A stretch of 64,000 nucleotides of DNA from Haliotis cracherodii (taxonomy: Eukaryota), in NCBI RefSeq assembly GCF_022045235.1, contig NW_027266308.1, forward strand, positions 22,444,001 through 22,508,000. Direction: 5' to 3'. Both the position numbers and the translations under genes were made by a program. The stretch's first letter is position 1. Each line of letters begins with the position of its first letter. The notes beneath the pieces are model-generated. The model worked only from the letters and a program-made list of their open reading frames with translations, was not told where the DNA came from and made no database searches. Positions 39,441 through 52,459 of this stretch are shown piece by piece.

Positions 39441-39570
39441 CTCTAGTTAAATTTTATACGATAATGGGTAGCCATTATCCGGTTTTACAGCTTCTAAAAC
39501 AGTAAGAAAATTATCACTTCCACAAAGATCGTCATGTTCAGACTATTCACATTCATTTTAAACAACAGAG
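38780..39570 (-). mobile_element. I/Nimb-like LINE ORF2 fragment
   Basis: PWLNNECKQARKCRKKA linker; IVVPIPNPGR.H.DPSNYRPI RT start; GSDNFL.VL (SDH-like). Confidence 0.7.
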
Positions 39571-40259
39571 AAATTTATTGTCTTTACCATGGCACAAAAC
39601 AAATATTGTGTATTTATTGTGGTTCAGCAAACCTGGTCCCTGCCACGGAGGGTCAACAAGATTGGTCCTTGAGCCACCTCCTTCTGGGAATACGCTCTTG
39701 GCAAGTATCATAAAGTTGAAGAACAGAAGACTATTTGAAAATTAAGTGAATTGAGTCAAACCATATCAAAAACTTCATACACAGGGCTTGACATGACCAG
39801 CCGATTGATAGAACCAGGCCCATTCTACCACCCGTCCAGGTGAAGTCAGGGACAAAGTAGATTGTTGGTCAAAAGGAACACTGTTCCCTCAAACACCAGA
39901 ATCCATTTCTCCACCAAAACAGGAACGCACCCACGGCAAACGGGTTTATCATTCTTTCATAAAAGTGAGTAGAACAGTAGTGGAAATGGACTTATGTTAC
40001 CTTACCCAAACATAATTACCAGTCACATGTTCCAAAAACGTAATAAGGGCAATATTGTACTTTTGCTCAAACGCTCCTCGCGCAAACCTCATTGTAGCTT
40101 TTCTTTTCCCCCAAAAAAAAGCTCTCTATCGGCAAATACAATAATTCTGAGATTCAATTTGGAACATCAGTATGACACACATGCTCACATAATAATCTCT
40201 ATTTACAAAATAATCACAAATTATGTTCAAATTATCGATACAATAGAAGTTTTAACATT

Positions 40260-40495
40260 CCTTGGCTTTCTTCAGAAAAGCAACAGTACAAACAATTTAT
40301 CTACCTTTTGCCTCCCAAATGTGAATGTTGCTCATGTCCAGCCAGTGCCAGTATTGTGCAGCCTGTCGGTCATATCTTTTCCTGGATATTTAGAGGCATT
40401 TGGGATTACAAACTATGATTTCCTCATAGCGGTGTCCCTTCACCTCAGTTGTTCCTCTTTGGACAACCAAAAGCTTGACATTGTGGTATGTTGAA
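40260..40495 (-). pseudogene. Decayed THAP zinc-finger relic (DNA transposon origin likely)
   Basis: Minus strand across frames: PQCQAFGC...FVIPN...LHNTGTGW...IVC. Confidence 0.4.
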
Positions 40496-42619
40496 AACGC
40501 ACAGTATCAGCTTGCAACCAATTGCAAATGTCACAGACGTTCACAATTTAGCGCTGTCTGTGGTGTGTTGATGACATAATCTCGCAATTTCACGCACTCG
40601 CTCACAAAACCTAAACATGGCCTCATCCTTGGAAGAGCGGCAGATTGGCATATTTAGTTTGTTTGTTTAAACATATTTTATTCAGATTGAAATGGATTTG
40701 GAACAAAGTTATCCAACTTATCTGGTGAAAACTCCCTCTCCGTGGTATTTACAAAAGCTTGTACAGTATATCATATACAAGGAAAACAGAAAAGAAGATG
40801 AGTGTATAGATATAAAAGAAATATACAAGAGAGACTTTTGCACTGCCTAAAAGATATGTTGATATGTTTTTTGTTTAACATCACACTTAAATCTTATTTA
40901 ACATTCTGTAAAATGTACCGAATTATTAATAACATATATTTTTCTTGGTGAAGATTCAATGGACACTCCAATAAAAAATTAAATGCGTTTTCACGTGGAT
41001 TATCACATTAATCTCTATTCTGTATAACTCATAATTTAACTGTCTTTTCATGTATCTTAATCGAGTATGATAAATATTCAACTTTCTAACACCATAGGAA
41101 AAATATGGAGGTACAATACCTTGCTATTTTTATATGTAAGACTTGAATTGGAATGTTGATGTAACATTGCTACCTGCTGCAGGAATAGTGGTCCATACAC
41201 TTACAGTTGATGGAATATAAGAACACGTTGAGTGTTTTAATCTAGTATATGGAATCACAATATTGTCTGAATTCATATTATATGATATACATTATATTAT
41301 ATATTATATTAAATTATATGATACATTTGAACCTACAATGTTTGATACAATGTCTTTAAGATAAGTTGGGGCAATATTACTTTATATTTTGTAGAACAAA
41401 CACAGCTTACGTTTCCTCATTCGTTCTCTTAACGTTTCCCAATACCAATGTTTGTGCGAAGTATAATTTGGGAGCCCAGTAACTATTCTGGCAGCTTCTA
41501 GTTGGAGATTTTCTAACTAAGTTGATAATTCTACATTACACACATCCCACAATTACACGCATATTCGAAATGGGGTCTTATGAAAATTGTATATACCTTA
41601 TCTTATGTATTTCTGTTCAATATAAATTTTAATTGTCTCATTGAATTTATCATTTTTGATGTTGATCTAATAATATTATCTACGTGACAGGACCATTTTC
41701 CGTTTGATGCAAACGTTATACACAAATGTTTATGACTTTGAACATGCTTAACTTTACATTCATCAAAGTACAAGGTAATAAGGTCTGATTCCTCTTTTAT
41801 TGAAGATTTAACCGTTTCGGTTTTATCTGGGTTGAATTTAACTGACCAGCGTATCGTCCTGTTACACAGCTTGCTTACATTTTAAATTTAGAGTTAATTT
41901 AACTACTTCATGATCTGGTGAAGAACAGCCGATCGTGCTGTATCGTCAGCAAATTTAGTGACATATTTTCTTTTAAATTAGATTTTTCCTTTAAAATATA
42001 TGTAAAAAATATGGGGATAATCACTTATGGATGATCAAAAATAAAACAATTCTGAAACGTCTCTCTTTACAGTACAGTTTGTACTTTATATAACTTATGA
42101 AGACAGTAAAATTGCAGTCAATTGATGCCATGTACAAATGTACTCTGAAGATACCCCTCTATCTGAAGTACCAGTCTTGGAGACAAAAATGTCTGGGATG
42201 AAATTCAACGAAGTTTGCGACGTCTCTCAAATAATCCAACAAGGGTGCAGGAACTCCGGCTTATCGTTCTACAGATTACAGATTAGTTCATTATAATGAA
42301 AGCAACAAGTTAACCTCCCATGTTTTAGCACAAATATATTTAGCTGAAGATCACAAGAGGTAGTTTGAGTATCCATAATATCTGCCATTTAACATATCCA
42401 CACAGCGAGAGTGTTCACAACTAGATACTGGAACACTCTGCCACAATGCAACTGATTATCTCAACATTGTGTCACATGTCCACATGTCACACACACCTAG
42501 TTAATCAGCCTCACAATATGCACTGCGCATTTATCACGGCATTAGGCTACACATCATTTGTTTAGAACACATGAATGAAGATTCGTCCAGATCTCCTGGT
42601 TGCATGACACTGGACGAAC

Positions 42620-45600
42620 ATGGAGTCTGCACCGCCTCTTGAAGACAGGGATAAAGACAAGTCTAAAGTGGGAAATCTACTCAAGGCTAACGTTGTGTTT
42701 CTTGTTTTTCAAGTGGCTGTCAATATCCGCAATCCACTGGTAACACAATATCTATACAAGAGGTACTCCAATGAGGAGTTCAATAACAGCACAGGGCATG
42801 TCAACTCTCCTAACCAAACATCCCAGTGTTACGTCAATGAATCGGATCCAGGATATATGCTACAGGAAAAGGTTCAAGAAAATACTTCGAACTGTCAAAC
42901 GATACTGACGGTTATCGGAAGCTCCGGAGCAGTAATCAGCTGCATGTTCCTAGGGGCATATTCTGATTTTCTTGGTCGACGGGTCCTTTTCATAGTACCT
43001 TTAGCTGGAGTGGTTGTGAAGTTTTGGTTGACGACAGTTGTTATTTACTGGAATCTAGATGTGAGATACCTGTACATTGGTGAGGCACTTCAAGGTTTTT
43101 CAGGGGGATACAATGGTGTGATTCTAGCTAGTTATGCCTACACGGCTGACAACACACCACCTAAGAACTCACGGACAGTAGGGATCGCTGTGATAGATTT
43201 CACCACCTACCTGGCTGCTGCAGCTTCTCAGGTCATTACTGGATACTTCATCAAAAACCTAGGCTATCTCTACCCCTCTGTGACTACTGCCTTACTCATG
43301 CTTCTGTCTCTCGTCCTTGTCGTTGTTCTTCTCCCAGAAACTATCAACTCAGATAGAAGATCCCAATACCCAACTCCAGTGAAAGCAGTGAAAAATGTCT
43401 TTGGATTCTACTTTTCAAAAGATTTTGGACCAAAGAGAAGCCTTTTCTTGCTCTCACTTGCATCATATTTTATATTATATTTCAGTCAGAGTGGTGTGTA
43501 TTTTGTAGAATATCTTTTCCAACTAAACCTGCCTTTCTGTTGGGGCCCAGAGCTCATCGGCTATTTCAACATGGCATTGTCCCTTACACGACAATTTCTA
43601 GGGATTCCAGTCATCAAACTTCTCCATCTGTGCACCTCCGATCCAGGAATATGTATCATAACATCTATCATACAGGCAGGAGCCTATGTCCTACACGGCC
43701 TGGCCAACACTGACGTCTTGCTCTTCTCTTGTAAGTCACCATCGCAGTAAATAACATAAGTTCATGGTAATACTTCTGAGGAGGATTTGATAAAAGGATA
43801 TCTTGTCAATGAAATATCATTCAATATATTTTCAGAACATAAGGTACATATTGACATGAATTATACTTTGCTTTTGTTTAAAAAGTGCTGTTTGTTGCAG
43901 TTGTTTTGCCCAATGCTATTGCAGGCCCTTTGTTTCCGTCACTGCGGGCTATCATGTCGAGAATGGCCCCTGCTGAAATGCAGGGTGAGTATGCAGGTAG
44001 TTGTGGATGGCCAAGCTCATCATCAAAAGATATCCTTCTTCTGGCATTCATTTGTTCTTTAAAAAAAGTGTTGTCATCAACGTTATTATATAACTGGTGT
44101 AAACATAGCAAGAGAGGATCCCATGCTACCAACATTCAAATGCATATGACATAACAAAGACAAAGAGTCCCCCGCCGTGATATTGCTGGAATATTGCTAA
44201 AAGCGGCGTAGAACCATACTCACTCACTCATTCATTTAATGATTATGTCTATATCATAAATCACCGCTTAACTCAAATGATGTAAATACTAGTCAGTAGC
44301 TATCTTTATCAAACACATTTTCTACAACATTTCTAAGAGTTGTCAATTTAACAAATGTCCTGTTAGTTAAGAATTTAAATAAAACCAACAAAGCCCTCTC
44401 CATAATCATCAGGGTCCATTGTACGAGTCCAACTATATCATACACGTGTGTTTATTAATCAGTATCAAATAGTGATGATAACAAAGTGAACACAAAAAGG
44501 CGAGCGTATCACTCGTAACAAGTCACAAACACATTGCATTATTTGGGTCACTAATATGTTGGATACCTTTTCTTTTTTTTAAATTAAAATTCCTTGTATA
44601 CAAACCATGCATGTCCAGCAGTGTAATTCATTCGCATGGAAAGGAATACATAAGATTTAACAATTAAGCTGATGAAACACAAGGTATTAATTAAGGTGCA
44701 ACTGTATGTTACCCTGATTTTTATACCCTCCATGTGGAGGCCATATTGATCGTGATTACGTTCACAATGCAGCTTGGAATATCTATAACAGCAACCCTGC
44801 AATCTGAAACTTAAACTGTACAATATATACAAGTGGATAACAATCTTAATATACAAGTGTGGATGCTGCAACTTTTTCTATAAAATTCGAGTAATCAAAA
44901 TGCTTTCTATATTCATTTGTTTAACAATGTGCACCGATTAGTTATAAAAGAAAGAGACTGTAACAGCAACATCATTGAGGTGAAACATTTCAAAACGCTG
45001 ATCTTAAATTTGTTCCTTTATTCTGCAGGCGATTGCCTTCAGGTGCATGCAGTACATTGTTGACCATTGTTTTCAGGATCACTGTTTGCAGGTATTGTTC
45101 TGGTGAACATCATCTCAGAAGGTATAGGGATACCAGTTTTCAACGAGATGTATAATGCCACTGTGAGGATACTCCGTGGCTTCGCCTTTTTCGCCTGCGC
45201 GGGATGCCAACTGTTGTCTGCAGTTATCATAGTGTGAGTGAAAGTCTAGTTGTGGGTATGGGACTTTCTGTAGTCATCCCAAACATCTGATGGTCTCCAT
45301 GTCTATTTTCAATATTTGTGTATACTTACAGTTAAAAAATGGGTGGTACCTATGTTGTATTGACGTTTGTAGTGGAAATATATTTGGTACCAAAAGTAGA
45401 CAGAAGAGTATGGCTTTCATCTCGCATACTGTATCAGTCCATGTATCAATTGGGATACATGCAAAAGGTTAGCGATCACATTTGCCTCATCGTGTAAAGG
45501 AAACAGCTGTGATATTAAAAAACAACATATTCATGTGTTACAGAGTGTTCCTGTGTACATCCCGACACAGCGTTGACACAGATACCTCCACTGTTGTTGG

Positions 45601-45673
45601 CATCAACGACAACGACTTAAAGCCAGGCCTCACCATCCCCCAGGACAGGTCTATCACCGACACGAAGATGTAG
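42620..45673 (+). CDS. SLC46A: SLC46-family MFS transporter, copy 6, 493 aa; exons 42620-43730, 43901-43984, 45077-45233, 45544-45673
   Basis: GT-AG introns, 1482-nt frame, same motifs and exon sizes. Confidence 0.92.
44167..44232 (+). mobile_element. SINE family A 3' fragment in copy 6 intron 2
   Basis: gtcccccgccgtgatattgctggaatattgctaaaagcggcgta...ctcactcactca. Confidence 0.75.
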
Positions 45674-46056
45674 TGTCCTTTGTTGATGTGTCCGACTGTG
45701 GAGGAAGATACCCCGTTAGTTCGGGAAACGCGCCTTTTGGACCACAACAATCGTTAACGTTTCATATATTAATTAATACAGCTTTGTTTTGTTTATATAG
45801 AAACTTGTTAATCAGTACGATTTAACGCGGATTGATGCTGTCGGGAATATTTGTAATAACTATGGTTGGGGTGAAGGGAATGTGTGGTGGTGGAGTGAGC
45901 TTCTTGATGTTGCAATCATGACTTTATGTGTGCCCATCTTTCGAACATCTTGCGACTGCTTGCCAATTGAAACAGGAAAATGGAAAAATACGCCAATAAG
46001 TGATCGAATTTGTAAATTATGTGATATCATTGATGTGGTTCTTGAATAACATTATA

Positions 46057-47450
46057 TACTGAACAGCATTGAAAACGCACCACCATGAAAATGGGTGTAT
46101 GTTTTTATCCGGGCTTAAGTCATATGAAAATATATAAGTGAATGAGTAATATGCGACGTTCGCGACGAAGCATGAAGAAGAACAGCTCGTCAAAACACAT
46201 TCCTAATTTTTTTGTGAGCGAAATCGCCAAAACGCAACAAATTGCGTGCACATCATGGAACACGTGTTTTGTTTCACGGGAAGCATGCAGAATGGGGCTA
46301 TAAAAGACTAACTAAAGATTAACAGCAGAGGAACGTGAACGTGTCTTGGGCATGCTTCAAGTTGGGACATCAAGTAGAGTCGTTGCACAATGGTTTCAAT
46401 GCCATCATTCAACAGTCCTCAGGCTACTGAGCAGATACCAGCAGACAAGAACCACCAGATATCGACCACGTCCGGGTCAACGTCGTGTAACTACGCCACG
46501 TCAGGATCGCCATATTGTTCGTCGGCATCTTCGTGATCGTACACTTCCGGCTAACAGGACTGCAGCAACCGTACAAGGCCGACGGGGTTTGATCAGCGCT
46601 GACACCGTACGTCGACGTCTCCGCTCAGCAGGGCTACGTGCTCGACGTCCATATGTTGGACCCATACTCACTGATCGACATCGAAATGAATGTCTGCGTT
46701 TGGCCAAAAGGCATCGTCATTTGAGATTGCGGCAGTGGCATGGTGTGCTGTTCTCTGATGAGTCCTGTTTTCATTTACGGAATGCTGACGGTCGACTGCC
46801 AGTGTGGCGTCGACCGTCAGCATTCCGGGGATGGGGGGAGTGTCATGGCGTGGGGTAGCATCAGTCATAACCATCGAACAGAGCTCCATGTTTGTCGTGG
46901 AAGAGTTAATGGCCTTTACTACAGGAATAACATCAGCACCAGGATATGCACACCTTCCAGCAAGATAATGCAAGAGCGCACAACACAGCACGTGTTTCAA
47001 CACAGTACCTAGCGGACAATAAGGTGCCTCTGCTTCTAGGCCAGCCCTGTCACCAAATCTATCGCCAATTGAACATCTATGGCATTACCTGGGTCAACGC
47101 CTCTCACGTCGTCCGCAAGTACAGAACCTGAGAGAACTTGAAGATACACTGCGTCAAGAGTGGAATGCCCCAGAACACTATTCGCAGACTTATTCGATCA
47201 ATGAGAAGACGTTGCATGGCCTGTGTTGCTGCCAAAGGCGGACATACCAGATATTGACTTTTCATTTTAACCCTATGTGTCTTCCTTACACTGATGACGT
47301 AAATGTAATTACTGTGTGGTATTCCTGTTTCCTTTGTCGTCTTTCTTAATAATCCGTCTATGTCTGTTCTAATTAAAATCGGTCATTGCTCAAGTTGTTA
47401 TTGTAATATTTCAAGATTTATTGCTGGTGCGTTTTCAATGCTGTTCAGTA
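46057..47450 (+). mobile_element. Tc1 transposon with both ends, frameshifted transposase (~46300-47257)
   Basis: 26-bp TIR tactgaacagcattgaaaacgcacca, TA TSD; VLFSDES, FQQDNARAH, GGHTRY; empty site at 36939. Confidence 0.95.
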
Positions 47451-48454
47451 TATTTAGAAAATAAACATATTTCAACGATGCTCGTAAACTATATATCTCA
47501 TTTAAATATAGGAATTAGCCAATATGCTAAAAACTCATAGAATTGTTTAACTCCTCAAACATCTAACCACCTGTTCACCTCACTATATAAATATACGTTT
47601 TTATTCCTCCATAGGTGAGTACAAAAAAGGTTATAAGTTAACAGTGAAGAGGATATTTAACATGTATTAGAATTACTTTGGAAGTTGCACAAATTATACA
47701 GGCTGGTCCCAATAAACACGCAAACATCCAAATTTGGCGCCGTCCACAAGCATACACGTGCCAATTTTGAATCAGGACCTTAATGTTGCATTATTTAATT
47801 TCAGAATAAATGTATTTTTATTAAACTTTACATGAAGCACAGTTACTTTTTTCCGTTGGTATAGAGTGTATCTCCGAAAACACGGTTATCACGGCTTGGA
47901 TGGCGTGATTTTCACATGACTGAATGTTATCATAAATGTACTGTAGGTCAGTATGACACATCTCACCACAAATCAGTCAGCAAACATGTCCAGAGATATA
48001 CTAAACATGAAAAAAGTAATTTAAAATTTAGTGCAATGACATGTCATTTCACAGAATCATTGTTTTCACAATGAAAGGCCATTTTAAGAATTAAGGCATT
48101 CCAGAAACTTTATGGCAGACATACATTCAGAGATATTTTCAGTGATCGATTCTTATAATTATCATTTTTTTCATTCGAACGTTGTTATTCTCTAGTTATT
48201 CTCTATGTCTTCCCCTTATCAGAATAAAAAAACCAAGACTCCAAGGCTTAGTCTGGTAAACGACAGTGAACATTTGTTTGTAACAAAACAGTTTTACAAT
48301 CATAACAATATGACAACAGAGGTTATTACCATGCACCCAAAATACTCAATATCTGACTGGTTGAAGGCATTAAAATCGTTTAAAATTGTTTATCCTCCAA
48401 GCCTATTTCGCACTACTTTTCAGTGAGTTGGTGTGTAATCCAGTCTGGCTCCAT

Positions 48455-48535
48455 TCCATACAGTTACTAGTGATTCCTGCAATACAGGCTGGAGCCTATG
48501 TCCTGTCGACACTGACTTTATGCTTTTCTGGTGGA
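48455..48535 (+). pseudogene. Relic of the 3' end of SLC46 exon 1
   Basis: cagttactagtgattcc...atacaggctggagcctatgtcct...acactgactttatgcttttct matches QLLGIP...IQAGAYVL...TDFMLF with deletions. Confidence 0.65.
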
Positions 48536-49277
48536 AGCCATGTTCATAGTAAATTACAAAACAGTTTTGTGTGATACTACATATTTGCATTGTTGACATT
48601 AGTGGAGTTTGAAGAAATCCTGCTGAGGTCTGTATCCGTAAGTCCCCGTGGTCACTAGTCTGGAGATCTACCATCAGTTGCTGGCCATCAACAGCCTGGT
48701 TATACATTGCACTGTCAAATAGTAGTCAAATAGTAGTTAAATAGTAGTTATAAACTTTTAATTCTCTTATACTAGTTTTACATACAAATTTGTAATATTC
48801 TAGCTTATGCTGTCTATCGTCGGTAGGTTGTAGGTATAAGCAAAGTATAAGTTGTGCCGGTCACAATATAACTGAGATATTGCTGATGTGACTTATATCT
48901 CATTACTCGACAATACGATAATAATAGCTACAGTCAAGGCACATGTCATCAATTTGAACAACTATGCTTCTCTCAAATGTACAATACTTTCATAGGCATA
49001 TATTTAGAATTAAATCTTCAACAATAAATTGAAAATACTTTGAGGTAGCAAACATCAAGAATGTTAAGATGCCTGTTTGACATTTTGTTCATCATTTATT
49101 TTCTTTAATTAAATGTATTTCAAGAATGCATTAAATATGATATTGTTAACAGTGACAACTATTTTCAACAGCTTGAATGTGATATAAAATGCAGTAAACG
49201 AACTCTCAAGCCAAAATGATGTAAATCTGTTAAAATTCCATGCTTCCAGGTTGTATCGTATGCTTTCTCAAGATCAA

Positions 49278-49560
49278 AGTGAGTGTGTGAGTTGGGTTAA
49301 ACGCCGCTTTTAACAGTATTCCAGTTATATCGCGGCGTGTCAGCTTAATGTGGGAGGAAAGCTAAAAGTGATGCAGGTCTTAGACGTTTACCACGTCGAT
49401 GAAACCCACTAGCACGGATATGGTGCTGACAAACCTAAAAACATAATCAGACCGAACCGGGATTTGAACCCACAATCACAGGTTTCTGGCGTGCCCAAGG
49501 GACGCAACTCTGCACAGCGAATCGCGGCGCCTTCGACGCCTGGGCCACCCGTGCCCACCT
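49278..49560 (-). mobile_element. Full-length tRNA-headed SINE family C
   Basis: Minus strand tggcccaggcg (A box-like), ggttcaaatcc (B box), tttcctcccaca core, (CACT)-like tail. Confidence 0.75.
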
Positions 49561-49599
49561 CAAGATCAAAGAAAATGGATACTATTGTTATCGTACTAA

Positions 49600-52000
49600 A
49601 TGATCAATAGTACTTCTATTTTTCCAAAAACCACATCGAATATTTGTGATAAGATTATTGGTTTCCAGATACCAAACTAATATAGTGTTTACCATTCGTT
49701 CCATGGTTTTACAAACGCAACTGGTCAAAGAGACAGGGTGGTAATTTGAGGGATCTGTATGATTCCGGCTGGGTTTTGGTATGGGGACTACAATGGCATT
49801 ATGCCATGAAGGAGGAATGTTCCCTGAAGTCCATGTATGATTACATTTATCTCAAGGTGTCTCAAGACATAATTTGATGATGAAGAAGTATATTTGCAAT
49901 GTCAGATGTGTCAGATATTAATGTGTCTCCATCTTAAAGATGGTGTACAGAAGATTTTGAACCTTTGCCTTTTATTTCTTAACCATCTTCCACACCTTGG
50001 ACATGGGTGTTCGTGAATTGATTTTGGAGACACAGTTCCTCCATGTTTGCCACATATTTGGCTGTAGGGTGTCGGCGGAAATATTTTTTCTGCTTTCTTC
50101 CTACACTTTCTTGCTTGTTTGCATTCATTATTTAACCATGGTTTACGAATATGAGGATTTGCAGAGGACATAGTAAATGTATGATTAGTAATTTAATTTA
50201 GTTGAGCTGAAAACAACTGGATGGGATCTGGTACATTTCTGGAATAATCAGGTTTTAGTTTCTCAGCACATAACATTTCATACAAGGACCAACTGACCCT
50301 TCTAAAATTTCACCAACAGAGTCTGTGAGGGACAGATCAAGAGCAGAATAAGTTCCAGTGGCAGGATGTAAATTGGTGCTTGAATCGTCTTTGAATACAA
50401 ATAAATTATTATCAGAAATATAATCGTCAATAAATTTCCCCTAATTGTTTGTACTTGCACTTCCCCACAGAGGGTTATGCCCATTTAAATCGCCCTTGGT
50501 GATGCAGGGCTTTTGGATCTGATTATATAGGTTCTAAAGATCATATTGCCTAAGCGCAGATTAAGGTGACATATACAACGAGCACAAAGGAAAGGCAATG
50601 TGCACGGTAAGGCTGTTAGCAACATGTATGCAGATGAACAGCGCTGTGAATGACGTTCTGCCTGACTAATATTTTTGAGCCTCCAGTTGATTTATCTCAT
50701 TTAGGAGAAAATGAATGAAGACAGTTATACTTCCTTCGGTCAAATTACATGTGTCTGTATGTTTGAGATATGTATCTTGGAGACAGATTGCTGACAGTTT
50801 ATAATCTTGTATAAATAAGTGTAACGCATTAACATATGGCCTGAGACATCTGCAAAGAATAAAACGATTTGGGTCACTCATGAGGGTGGAGTAACAGGGG
50901 ATAGACTCCTGGCTTTCTTTTTAGGAGAGTGGCCTCTCGTACAACCACAAGAGCTGATGTGAGGGGGTACTTCCATATCCATATCCTCGAGCAACCCATA
51001 CCTGTTGTAGAGTTGCACAGGATTTTTGAGTGCCATCAAAATTGAATTTTCTTTTTTAGATGCTATAGCTTTTGGGAATGTTTCTGTTGATGTTGATGTG
51101 GGTGCTACCTGGGTTCATTTTGGAGCTGTAACTTTGTTTCATGTTGGACAGTTTCGATTTCAGAAACTTGATTTTGCGTGTCTCCTACTGCCCATGACAG
51201 ATCTGTCTGACAGTGAACTGATACAGTTTTAACCATTTGACCGGTTTTAACTACAGAAGCATAATAATGTTGTCGTTTTGCTTGTTTCCTGGCATCGAAG
51301 TAACTGATGTTTGTTCATATTTATTGTTTTGGACAATGGATTGAAACTTATATTCACTGCAGTCAGTTGAAGAAAACATATGATTACCCTGAGTAGCTTT
51401 ACATGCACATTAATTCACCACATGTCCAAGTTTCTGACATTAAAACAGCGAGTAGGTCGTGGGATGTAGAGGTCCACAGGCATGGAGAAACAACCAACTC
51501 TTACTTGACGGAGCTGTTGTGTCGAAGGTCAAAAGATATGTGTTTGATGGAAAAACACTCTCTACGATATGTGAATGATTTGGTTTCAATCACCTCGAAG
51601 TTCAGATACAATTTGGTCAATAGTTTCTTTGGCCAGACTGTGATGACGGTCTCAGATTGTGCCCTTGCTTCAATTTAGGGTCCTGCGAGCAGCACAGCTG
51701 ACAGTTATATCAGCGAACTTAGTTGACGTCATGAGACTGATGGCTTGTGTTTTGTGGACGATAATTGCAGAAGTTCGGGGGAAAAGAACCTGGACAAAGG
51801 ATTTATGTGCTACATCGAAGGATATGTACATCGTATTCTCGCGGGTACGGGTTCCATATCCCCCATGGTGGTAAGGTAATGACGAGATGAGGACAGTTCA
51901 CTAAGAAAACGTTTGAAATCAATGTATTGGTATGCATGAAATAATCCAGTGATAGGTGAAACAAGCATTCATACAATAGGCAATACAATCTACACTGTTT
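49600..52000 (-). mobile_element. Degraded I/Nimb-like LINE (ORF1, endonuclease, RT start)
   Basis: CRCL...AICLQDTYLK endonuclease N-terminus at 50666-50881, PWLNNECKQA linker, ORF1-like remnants upstream. Confidence 0.65.
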
Positions 52001-52459
52001 GGGTCCCAGTTTCAAACAATATACTGTCAACATTTAAACAATAACGAATGTCTGGTGGCTCTAGGCTAAGCTCTAAAACTTCTCATTATCGGTATCTGTG
52101 ACAGTTCGTCTGCTTGTCTGTGCATATTTGTTGGACATATCACATCCATTATGTGATCACAATTCATATTGGTCCAAAGTAGATCAAAGTTTTGTTGGTT
52201 TACCGGTTACATCCTCAAAAATGGTCGCTGGCATAGAAGTTCCTGAAATTCACCCTGTCGAAAAAATGATATATGTTGACTGTTCTTAAAAGATTTAAGT
52301 CTAGGCCTTTATATTGACAGTTTTAAAACATACTGTATAACACAGAAACACTAATATTGTCGCCAGGTAACGTTCCCTAATTTTCTTATTCTATTTTTCT
52401 TATGTGCGGTTAAAATGATGAAGATCTAGGGCCTAAACAGTTTTCTGAATGTTTTCAGC

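Larger units (their letters stand above)
45935..50295 (+). repeat. Long direct repeat, copy B (with Tc1 insertion and SLC46 relic)
   Basis: Colinear with 36820-39440. Confidence 0.9.

Noticed and set aside
39600-39960. GC-richer stretch, possibly retroelement-derived
   Set aside because: No motif could be recognised in any frame.
39994-40494. 166-aa plus-strand ORF
   Set aside because: No recognisable motifs; partly antisense to the THAP-like relic.
48716-48752. (aaatagtagtY)n repeat
   Set aside because: Simple minisatellite with no functional evidence.
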